From an uncultured Chloroflexia bacterium (GTDB lineage: Bacteria > Chloroflexota > Ktedonobacteria > Ktedonobacterales > JADMIN01): a stretch of DNA of 32,000 nt. Below the pieces are notes generated by a model. It was not told the DNA's origin. It saw only the letters and a program-made list of their open reading frames with translations, and ran no database searches. Each line of letters starts with the position of its first letter. The first letter of the stretch is position 1. The stretch covers positions 120,001-152,000 of the forward strand of contig CAVRAI010000006.1 of NCBI GenBank assembly GCA_963718915.1, written 5' to 3'. Made by a program: the position numbers and the translations under genes. This document shows positions 8,944 to 17,590 of this stretch, in pieces.

Positions 8944-11382
8944 CGGGCGCGGATATCGTCGGGACGAGCGACCAGTTCCACTTCGTCTCAGAGAGCCAAT
9001 CGGGCGATGGCTCGCTCTCGGCGCGGGTGAATACCCAGACCAACACCGACCCCTGGGCGAAGGCGGGGATCATGGCGCGCGCCAGTAACGCGGCGAACGC
9101 GCCGTTCTACGCGGTGTTCGTCACGCCGGGCAACGGCATCGCGGTGCAGGTTCGCGATAGCACGGGGGCGACGGCGGTGAAGTCGGCGACGGCCAGTGGC
9201 GTCGTACCACTCTATCTCCAGCTCACACGGAGCGGGACGACCTACAGCGCCTCCACCTCCAGCGACGGGGTGCATTGGACCGCGATCCCCGGCTCGGCGC
9301 GGACGATGAGCAATCTGAGCGGGACGGTGCAGCTGGGGTTGGCCGTCACCGCGCATAACACCGGCGCGCTCTCCGCGGCTCTCTTCGACCAGCTCAGCGC
9401 AGCTACCCCAGCCCCCGGCAGCATCACTGTCACCCCGATGGCCGCTGCCGATGGCACGAGCAGCTATCCGATCCAGACCGCCTACAACGACGCCAGCCAG
9501 CCGACCAGCCTCACCTACTCGGACAACGAGGTGGCGACCTACGGCTATGACGGCGCCTCCGGCTGGCTTGCGAGTCTCAGCACCACCCCCGCAGGTGGTA
9601 GCGCCACCACGCTACTCGGCAGCATCGGCTACAGCGGCGCTGGGAGGAGCGGCAGGGCATGCCACCAGCGCGAATGTGGATGGTGGTACGTATACCTTCG
9701 GAGCTAGCTACGACGCCGATACCCGCCTCAGCAGCCTGAGCGTCTCAAATACCAGCACAAGCGCCGTCTTGTTCCAGAGCCAACGCGGCTATGACGCCGC
9801 CAGTAACGTCACGGCGGTGGCCACCACACTCTCAGCAGGCACCGACAACCAGGCGTTCTGTTACGACGACCAGAACCGCTTAGTTTGGGCGGGGTCCACT
9901 GGCACGCCTTCCTGTGGCGCGTCGCTCACCGCAGGCAGCCTGTCCAGTGCCAATTACACCCAGTCGTTCAGCTACGACACGCTGGACCGCCTCACCAATG
10001 GCCCGCTAGGCAGCTACACCTACGGCGATAGCGCGCATCTCCATGGCGTGACCAGCATTGGCAGCGGGCCAACCTACACCGCCATGTACGACGCGGTGGG
10101 CGATATGACCTGCCGAGCCCCCGACAACACGACAACGTGTGCAAGCGCCCCGACGGGCGCACAGTTGGGCTACGACAACGAGGGACGGCTGGCGACGTGG
10201 CAGAACGCGCCGAGTAGCCCGACGACGACTGACAGCTTCCTCTACGATGGGGCGGGCAACCGGGTCGAGCAGCAGGTGACCATCAATGGCTCGATCACGA
10301 CTACGACGATTTATGTAGCCGATGGGCATGAAGAAATCACCAGTGGTGGAGCAGGGACCACTCTCACCAAGTATTTCGCAGTAGGAGATGGCTTACCAAC
10401 GGCCGAACGCGTCGGTACCAACGGCCCAGTAAGCCTCCTCACCAGCGACGGGCTGGGTAGCCTCTCTGAAGCCCTTGATAGCAGCGGCAATGTCACCTTC
10501 CAGCAACTTTATGCGCCGTATGGTGTCGGGCGCTATAGCAGTGGCAGCTCACCGACGGCACTGGGTTATACTGGGCAACGCGAAGACGGAACAACCGGAT
10601 TAGATTACTACCATGCCCGGTATTATGATCCAGTGGGAGGGCAATTCGGGAGCGCAGATACCGCCGATGATGGGCTGAACCGGTATGGCTACGTGCACGG
10701 GAACCCAACGACAGCGACCGATCCAACGGGGCATCGATGTTTTACAGGCGATGGTAGCGTTTGTGGCGGACCTGGGAGTTCACCCTTGCCTCCAATTCCG
10801 ACGACGTGTCATAGTGATGCATCATGTGGGTGCTATACACTGTGTAGCAGTAAGACTATCTGTAACCTTGGCCTACCCACCCAAGGTTGTAACAACGGTC
10901 CGACGCTTGGTGCTGGTGGGGTAAGAAGCGGAGGACACGAGCAGACCAACGCGATATCTTTTAGCGATAAGAGGTATCTTTTCCGAGGACCCGAGCAACA
11001 TGGAGATGACGGACAATGGCACGTCAATGTGCAGATTTTTTCCGCGGAAGGCCAGGAACTGCACAACTACCATATCTTTTATGGGGGTGATCATGCAGGT
11101 AACAACTGCAGCGAGGTCGCTTGGGTACAAGGATTCGATACAGGTGCCTATGCTAGCGAAGATATTGAAGGAGAGAACCGATTCTTCTACGGTCCGCAAG
11201 GGCCGGAGCCTTATCCTGCAACGTGCGCCTTCGGAGCAGAAATAGCCGCGTGGGATGCCACAGGTAAGATCGCGCAGGAAAACGACATTCCCGGAATTAT
11301 GCCGGATTTGGCGAGGTTTCTCATAACATCTTTCGCAGAATTATGTGCCTTGGGGGATGAATATAAGGGGAACAAAGGGTGA
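8944..11382 (+). pseudogene. Orphan rhs cassette O2: one ConA-like domain, YD repeats, RHS core and CT2 (10735-11382); no start, one frameshift near 9643-9647
   Basis: Homology to the main gene begins abruptly at about 8944 (GADIVGTSDQFHFVSESQSGDGSLSARVNTQTNTDPWAKAG..., compare 4140). The frame changes after GSIGYSGAG (9027..9707 ORF to 9451..11382 ORF). The core ends YGYVHGNPTTATDPTGH (DPTGH at 10720-10734). CT2 is RCFTGDGSVCGGPGSSPLPP...HNYHIFYGGDHAGNNCSEVAW...EYKGNKG. Confidence 0.8.
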
Positions 11383-11566
11383 TTCGCAGGCTTTAGCCTC
11401 ATCTGGCGAATGCTACCTGCGGCAGACCAGAAGTGCGTTAATAGATATCAGCTTTCCCTTGCAAGCCTGTTCTACGTCTTGATGTATGATGGGGTGAAGT
11501 AGCCTGTTGCGGCACATGCAATGGCGGAGCGCCTTTATCTGTTAACGGGCAAGGAGATGTGCTGAT

Positions 11567-12238
11567 ATGCGTCAGATAGCCTTTAATGCCGAGCCACAGT
11601 ATGGTCGAGTGGCACAAGAATATGGGCGTTTTCGCCTGCGACGGGTGTTCATGCCTCTGGAAGGTGGTGGCGCGGAGCCTACAACAACCTATGCGATCAC
11701 CCTTGTGCGCGACACAGGCACAGAGACAGAAGCAGAGGTCGCCTGGATCCAGCGCTTCTTGGCGACGTTACCTGGCATCATCCGTTGCATCGAACAATGG
11801 CTTGAGAGTGAGCCAGCGCGCCTTCGGCACAGAGAGGAGGAATCGGCGGCGCGTGAGAAGCGCATCGCCTCCGGCGAACCGCCCATCGAGTGGACCGACG
11901 AACGCTTGCAAGCCCATGCGGCGTTGATGGAACAACAGCACCAACAATGGCAGCGTGAACACGAGGAACGGCTCGAACAGATCTATCAGGAGCGCTATGG
12001 CGATTGGCGGCCACCAGTACCGACGCGGGAACAGGTGGAGCAGTACTTCCAGCAGATGGCTCCAGGAGAGGAGCCCTGCCCGGATGTCACTGTTGTGCGA
12101 ACATTGGCGATGAGTCTGGAGGAGCGGCATCAGCGTTACCACGCGGTTGAGGTCGCGTTGCGCGAGCTGAAGGCGGCTAATCCTGATGTTGTCCCGCATC
12201 TTGACAGCCCGCTCGGCGGTACAAATTCGACGCCCTGA
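11567..12238 (+). CDS. Hypothetical soluble, acidic, Glu/Gln/Arg-rich protein; candidate immunity protein for CT2
   Basis: 223 codons, ATG start with AAGGAG about 10 nt upstream. No hydrophobic segments. The central region looks helical (HREEESAAREKRIASGEPPIEWTDERLQAHAALMEQQHQQWQREHEERLEQIYQERYG). It is the first same-strand ORF after CT2. I recognise no family. Confidence 0.5.
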   Translation: MRQIAFNAEPQYGRVAQEYGRFRLRRVFMPLEGGGAEPTTTYAITLVRDTGTETEAEVAWIQRFLATLPGIIRCIEQWLESEPARLRHREEESAAREKRIASGEPPIEWTDERLQAHAALMEQQHQQWQREHEERLEQIYQERYGDWRPPVPTREQVEQYFQQMAPGEEPCPDVTVVRTLAMSLEERHQRYHAVEVALRELKAANPDVVPHLDSPLGGTNSTP

Positions 12239-12336
12239 TCGTCTTGTACCTCTAAGTCGTCTGCGGTGCATTTCGCTACGACTTCGGCAGGTCAACTACC
12301 TTTAGAATTGCGCCTGTGGGCGTAATTTTCGGCTCC

Positions 12337-13632
12337 CCAGCCTGAGCACGACACCGGCGGGGGGTAGCGCCACCACCCTACTGGGCAGCATCGGCTACAG
12401 CGCGGCAGGCGGAGTCGTCGGCCACGCCACCAGCGCCAGCGTCGGCGGTGGGACGTATACCTTCGGCGCCAGCTACGACGCCGATGTCCGGCTGTCGAGT
12501 TTGAGTGTCGCGAACACCAGCACCAGCGCCGTGCTCTTCCAGAGCCAGCGGGGGTATGACGCGGCCAGCAACGTCACGGCGGTCGCCACGACGCTCTCGG
12601 CCGGGACCGACAACCAGGCGTTCTGTTACGATGAGCAGAACCGGCTCGTCTGGGCAGGATCCACGGGCACGCCAAGCTGTGGCGCGTCGCTCACGGCAGG
12701 CAGCCTCAGCAGCGCCAACTACACGCAAACCTTCACCTACGACAAGCTGGACCGGCTCACCAGCGGGCCGCTGGGCAGCTACACCTATGGCGACAGCGCC
12801 CATCTGCACGCAGTGACCAGCATCGGCAGCGGGCCAACCTACACCGCGAAGTATGATGCGGTCGGCGACATGACCTGCCGCGCGCCGGACAACACGACGA
12901 CCTGCGCAAGCACTCCAACCGGTGCGCAGTTGGGCTACGACAACGAGGGGCGGCTCGCCACCTGGCAGAATGCGCCAAGCAGCCCGACCACGACCGATAG
13001 CTTCCTCTACGATGGAGCAGGCAGCGCGTCGAGCAGTCGGTGACCATCAATGGCTCGATGACGACCACCACGACGTATGTGGCAGGCGGATTGGAAGAGA
13101 TCACTGCCAATGGGGCAGGGACAACGCTCATCAAATATTTCTACCGGCGCTAATGGCCTGCCCACCGCTGAGCGGGTCGGTCCGACAGGTATAACCGGCC
13201 CGCTGTAGCTATCTTGCCACGGATGGGCAAGGCACGGTCTCGGAATCGCTCGATAGCGCCGGGAACGTGACAAGTAGCCAACTCTATACACCGTATGGCA
13301 ACGCACGCTATAGCAGTGGCAGCTCACCTACGAGCATGGGCTATACTGGGCAGCAGGCGGATAGTAGCACAGGGCTAAACTATTACCCGCTCGGTATTAC
13401 GATCCAGTGGCGGGGCAGTTTGTCTCTGCCGATACGGTGGCCGATGGCCTCAACCGCTACGGTTACGTGGGCGGCAATCCCACAACGGCGATAGACCCAA
13501 GTGGGCATCGGATGGAGGCTCTTTTCGATGACTACGAGTGTCACGACTGCGACTTTACCCTTAACAACGTTACTGTCTTCTACCATGGATGCGCCAACCC
13601 AGATCTGGGGTGCTCATATGCTGACGCAACTA
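12337..13632 (+). pseudogene. Orphan rhs cassette O3, 5' part: YD repeats, RHS core and the first 41 codons of CT3; several frameshifts, then cut by an IS insertion
   Basis: Homology starts at SLSTTPAGGSATTLLGSIGYSAAGG (about 12337). Apparent 1-nt indels lie near 13022-13026, 13140, 13206 (ctgTagctat vs ctgagctat) and 13387-13390. DPSGH is at 13494-13508. CT3 then starts RMEALFDDYECHDCDFTLNNVTVFYHGCANPDLGCSYADAT and is interrupted at TA 13631-13632. Confidence 0.8.
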
Positions 13633-14834
13633 GTACTCAGTCCAGTTTGATTTGAGGGTTAGGATAGAGCGCATGCAGCTTGGTACGAGCATCATCGGGG
13701 GTGAATTGCCAGCGGATGCGGGCGTGAGTTGCGTTGCGCTCGGCCTCCAGGGCGGTGACGCGCTGAACCAGCGTGTCGTTATCGGGGACTGGACGCGCGA
13801 GGCAGCCGCGCTCGATGACGCTGATCTCGATCTCGGCCATATTGAGCCAACTGCCATGTTTTGGCGTATAGTGCACCTCCAAGCGGCTGGCGATAGCGCG
13901 CGCCTGCGCAGGCGGGAACGCCGCATAGAGCGCGGCCAGGGTATGGGTGTTGAGGTTATCCTGCACGAGAGCGATCCGCTCGGCCAGAGGGAAGGCTTCC
14001 TCGACCAGCCACCGCAAGCAGCGGGCATAGTGCAGCGCGGTACGCCGCGCGGTGGACGCGTACGTGACGCCAGCCCGCATGCGGAGCGACCAGCACAAAG
14101 AGGTTGGCCGTTCCCTGCCGAATATATTCGTAGTGCCGGCGCTGCACGGACGGGAGCGGGCGGCAGTCCATCCGCGGCTGCCCGTGCAAGACGACGGGCT
14201 TCTCATCGAGGCAGACGAGGGGGCGCAGGGGATCGGGCGGAGCGGCATAGACGTGGGCGTAAAGCGCGAGCACATCCTCCATCGCCGCGACAAAGGCGGC
14301 GCTCACGGTGGGAATACACCAGGCTTTGTGCTGCCAGGGCTTCAGCGCGTTTTTTGAGCAAGGCGCGGATGGTTTAGGGCGAGATGCGTTCCACAAAGCC
14401 GAGTTAGATCGCTTTGCCCGCCAAGAGGCGCAGCGTCCAGTGGTCGTGGCCAGCGGGCGCATCGCTGCACGCGACGGCAATGAGGTGGGCTTGCTGCTCG
14501 CCGGTCAAGGCGGCCCGGAGCCGCGTCTGCCGCCGGTCGGCGAGCACCGCCGCGACACCCTCTGCGGCAAAGCGTTGGCGCACGCGCCAGACCGTATTCT
14601 GGCTGACATCGAGCGCCTGGCTAATCGCGGCGGCGCTCCAGCCGTCGGCCAATTTCAAGAGCACATGGGCGCGCCGCTGGATCCGCGCAGCGGTATGTCC
14701 GCGCTGGATGACGGTCTGGGCCTGGGCGCGTTCAGCGGCGGACAACGTCAGGGGGTGGGTAGAGGTGGGCATACGAGGCTCCTTTCTGGTGCTGCATTCT
14801 ACCACCTTCTCCCAAATCAATGTGGACTAAGTAC
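13633..14834 (-). mobile_element. IS630-family (Tc1/mariner superfamily) insertion sequence, copy A
   Basis: Terminal inverted repeats: GTACTCAGTCCAGTTTGATTTG (13633-13654) against the reverse complement of 14813-14834, GTACTTAGTCCACATTGATTTG (19 of 22 match). It is flanked by TA at 13631-13632 and 14835-14836. It encodes an HTH plus DDE transposase on the minus strand. Confidence 0.85.
13637..14772 (-). pseudogene. IS630-family transposase, copy A (inactivated)
   Basis: The N-terminal HTH region (MPTSTHPLTLSAAERAQAQTVIQRGHTAARIQRRAHVLLKLADGWSAAAISQALDVSQNTVWRVRQRF) has AAAGGAG upstream of ATG 14772. DDE-type motifs are present: CLDEKPV, LVQDNLNTH, HGSWLNMAEIEISV. Two in-frame TAA stops (plus-strand tta at 14404-14406 and 14383-14385, where copy B has ttc) and a 1-nt insertion (ggtGgacgcg, about 14052) break the frame. 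Confidence 0.8.
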
Positions 14835-14836
14835 TA

Positions 14837-16040
14837 GTACTCAGTCCAGTTTGATTTGAGGGTTAGGATAGAGCGCATGCAGCTTGGTACGAGCATCATC
14901 GGGGGTGAATTGCCAGCGGATGCGGGCGTGAGTTGCGTTGCGCTCGGCCTCCAGGGCGGTGACGCGCTGAACCAGCGTGTCGTTATCGGGGACTGGACGC
15001 GCGAGGCAGCCGCGCTCGATGACGCTGATCTCGATCTCGGCCATATTGAGCCAACTGCCATGTTTTGGCGTATAGTGCACCTCCAAGCGGCTGGCGATAG
15101 CGCGCGCCTGCGCAGGCGGGAACGCCGCATAGAGCGCGGCCAGGGTATGGGTGTTGAGGTTATCCTGCACGAGCGCGATGCGCTGGGCCAGAGGGAAGGC
15201 TTCCTTGACCAGCCACCGCAAGCAGCGGGCATAGTCCAGCGCGGTACGCCGCGCGGTGACGCGTACGTGACGCCAGCCCGCATGCGGAGCGACCAGCACA
15301 AAGAGGTTGGCCGGTCCCTGCCGAATATATTCGTAGTCCGGCGCTCCACGCGGCCGGGAGCGGGCGGCAGTCCCATCCGCGGCTGCCCGTGCAAGACGAC
15401 GGGCTTCTCATCGAGGCAGACGAGGGGGCGCAGGGGATCGGGCGGAGCGGCATAGACGTGGGCGTAAAGCGCGAGCACATCCTCCATCGCCGCGACAAAG
15501 GCGGCGCTCACGGTGGGAATACACCAGGCTTTGTGCTGCCAGGGCTTCAGCGCGTTTTTTTGAGCAAGGCGCGGATGGTTTCGGGCGAGATGCGTTCCAC
15601 AAAGCCGAGTTCGATCGCTTTGCCCGCCAAGAGGCGCAGCGTCCAGTGGTCGTGGCCAGCGGGCGCATCGCTGCACGCGACGGCAATGAGGTGGGCTTGC
15701 TGCTCGCCGGTCAAGGCGGCCCGGAGCCGCGTCTGCCGCCGGTCGGCGAGCACCGCCGCGACACCCTCTGCGGCAAAGCGTTGGCGCACGCGCCAGACCG
15801 TATTCTGGCTGACATCGAGCGCCTGGCTAATCGCGGCGGCGCTCCAGCCGTCGGCCAATTTCAAGAGCACATGGGCGCGCCGCTGGATCCGCGCAGCGGT
15901 ATGTCCGCGCTGGATGACGGTCTGGGCCTGGGCGCGTTCAGCGGCGGACAACGTCAGGGGGTGGGTAGAGGTGGGCATACGAGGCTCCTTTCTGGTGCTG
16001 CATTCTACCACCTTCTCCCAAATCAATGTGGACTAAGTAC
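14837..16040 (-). mobile_element. IS630-family insertion sequence, copy B, directly abutting copy A through a single shared TA
   Basis: Same inverted repeats as copy A (14837-14858 and 16019-16040), flanked by TA 14835-14836 and TA 16041-16042. It is nearly identical to copy A apart from scattered substitutions and small indels. Confidence 0.85.
14841..15978 (-). pseudogene. IS630-family transposase, copy B (two-frame organisation at an A7 run, plus further indels in the catalytic region)
   Basis: The HTH ORF ends ...PETIRALLKKTR* and the DDE frame continues KNALKPWQHKAWCIPTVSAAF... from the A7 run (plus-strand T7 at 15555-15561), which is reachable by a -1 shift. The frame is lost again after ...VVLHGQPRM and is regained at LVAPHAGWRHVRVTARRTALDYARCLRWLVKEAFPLAQRIALVQDNLNTH...WLNMAEIE. 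Confidence 0.75.
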
Positions 16041-16042
16041 TA

Positions 16043-16716
16043 GAGCGTACGTCGCTCCGGGCCAATTGGAGCAAAAAGGCACAGATAACAATCCTACCGT
16101 CTACAAGTATGGGACCAAACAAAACGGGGCTCTGCTCTCAGGGTATAGCGGGAAGGTTTTGGATCATCTGATCCAAACGAGGGAGATCCTAAGAAAAGCT
16201 TACCAAAAGTTTCTCGATTGGGATGAAAATGAAGGCGAAGCAGCTATCGACGTCGCTTCAGTGGTTGGTGCATTTGTCTCGGCTGTTGCAGCGTGCTATA
16301 AGACTGACTTTAATGAGTGTCCCCTCTTCGATGGGGACGAACTCGAGCAACTACATGAATGGTGGGTTGGAAACCTCACAGTACTGGAGCAATTGGCTGT
16401 GGTTGATGCCGAGATGAATGTCGCAGATTTTAACGCTTCGATTACGGCCTTGAAGGGAGCGGCATCTAAAGGTCAGACCGTATGGTACAGACAAATGATG
16501 TGGCTTGGACACATTAACTCTAAATATAGCCAGGAAATTGGAGGGCCATCGTTTAGCACGGGTTGGGGCGATCAGCCTCCACCGGATGCATTGTATGCGA
16601 TTGGCAACAGCATGATGGCGCAATGTGCTGGATATCCGTCGAGTGACTTTGGGACTAGTCCAGGAGTAACTAAACAACAGGATTCCAATTACCCTGGCAC
16701 TGGGCCTTGCAATTAA
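16043..16716 (+). pseudogene. 3' part of CT3 (toxin domain of cassette O3), displaced by the IS pair
   Basis: Joining 13632 to 16043 (removing IS-TA-IS-TA) restores one frame: ...GCSYADAT-RAYVAPGQLEQKGTDNNPTVYKYGTKQNGALLSGYSGKVLDHLIQTREILRKAYQKFLDWDENEGE...PGTGPCN*. Without the IS pair, CT3 would be 265 codons. Confidence 0.7.
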
Positions 16717-16798
16717 AGACCAAGGCCCAGAAAATAGGTACTGCTAGATTCACAACTACTGCTAGATTGCTACGGCAGCATAGCAGAAGAGCGAAAGA

Positions 16799-17524
16799 GT
16801 GAAGGTGTGCATGTCAAATAACCTTGTACCAGAGCAGGTGAATTCCCTGCAGCCGCCTGAACACTCGTTGCGAGCCCTCGTGGCAGCACTCATCGCTATT
16901 GGTGTTCATCCCAGTCGCGCCGTCTTCTCCCAATGGATGGATATCGTTCGACCTGAGAGGATACGCCTCTACGCACTACTGCTCTATGGATTGGTAGTAT
17001 TCAACGGACTATTGTCATCGGTGGTGCCAGCAGTTTTCGGCCTTTCAAGTCTACCAGCGACAAATGGAAACGGGGCATCAATGCTGCCCGGCAAATTGAT
17101 CGTTGCCGTTTTCGTGTCGCCATTCGCGGTTCTACTTGGCATTGCCGTGATCATCTCTATCGTTGCAGCGCTCATGCCTGCGACCCAGGGAACACTCAAC
17201 CATCGTGCATATCTCCTCCTACGTCCATTTCTGCTCGCACGGCTTACGGCGGCCACCGTAATTATTCTCCTCGACGTCCTTACGCTTCCGCTGCAGCTGC
17301 CCATCGTTACGCAGCATCTCTCACTGAATGCATGGCAGCCGTTGGTGGCGCTTGCCGCTGCTATCTATGAACTCATTCTCTTAACTAACGCTCTTGCCGC
17401 CGTGAGTACACGAAGCAGGTGGTTACTCTTCGCAATCATTGTATTCGGCGAGTTAACAGGATATTTGCTTGGCTCCGTATTCCCAGTCGCGGTACTTCGA
17501 GCATTTGGTATTCACACATCCTAA
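16799..17524 (+). CDS. Polytopic membrane protein (about 6 hydrophobic segments); candidate immunity protein for CT3
   Basis: 241 codons from GTG 16799; an in-frame ATG at 16811 preceded by GAAGG is an alternative start. Hydrophobic segments include IRLYALLLYGLVVFNGLLSSVVPAVFGL, LIVAVFVSPFAVLLGIAVIISIVAALM, WQPLVALAAAIYELILLTNALAAV and WLLFAIIVFGELTGYLLGSVFPVAVL. It is the first same-strand ORF after CT3. Confidence 0.6.
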   Translation: MKVCMSNNLVPEQVNSLQPPEHSLRALVAALIAIGVHPSRAVFSQWMDIVRPERIRLYALLLYGLVVFNGLLSSVVPAVFGLSSLPATNGNGASMLPGKLIVAVFVSPFAVLLGIAVIISIVAALMPATQGTLNHRAYLLLRPFLLARLTAATVIILLDVLTLPLQLPIVTQHLSLNAWQPLVALAAAIYELILLTNALAAVSTRSRWLLFAIIVFGELTGYLLGSVFPVAVLRAFGIHTS

Positions 17525-17590
17525 CAACAAGAAGTATGCGCCTGGAGATCCACCACCGGCAGCTATCTCGACCGTAGGACGCGGATCCGG

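Noticed and set aside
11382-11490. A stem-loop right after the CT2 stop (ATTCGC-AGGCT-TT-AGCCT-...-GCGAAT, 11382-11411) as a terminator, and TTGCAA (11459) with TATGAT (11485) as a promoter for the 11567 gene.
   Set aside because: The hairpin has no downstream T-tract, and the -35/-10 spacing is 20 nt, which is outside the usual range.
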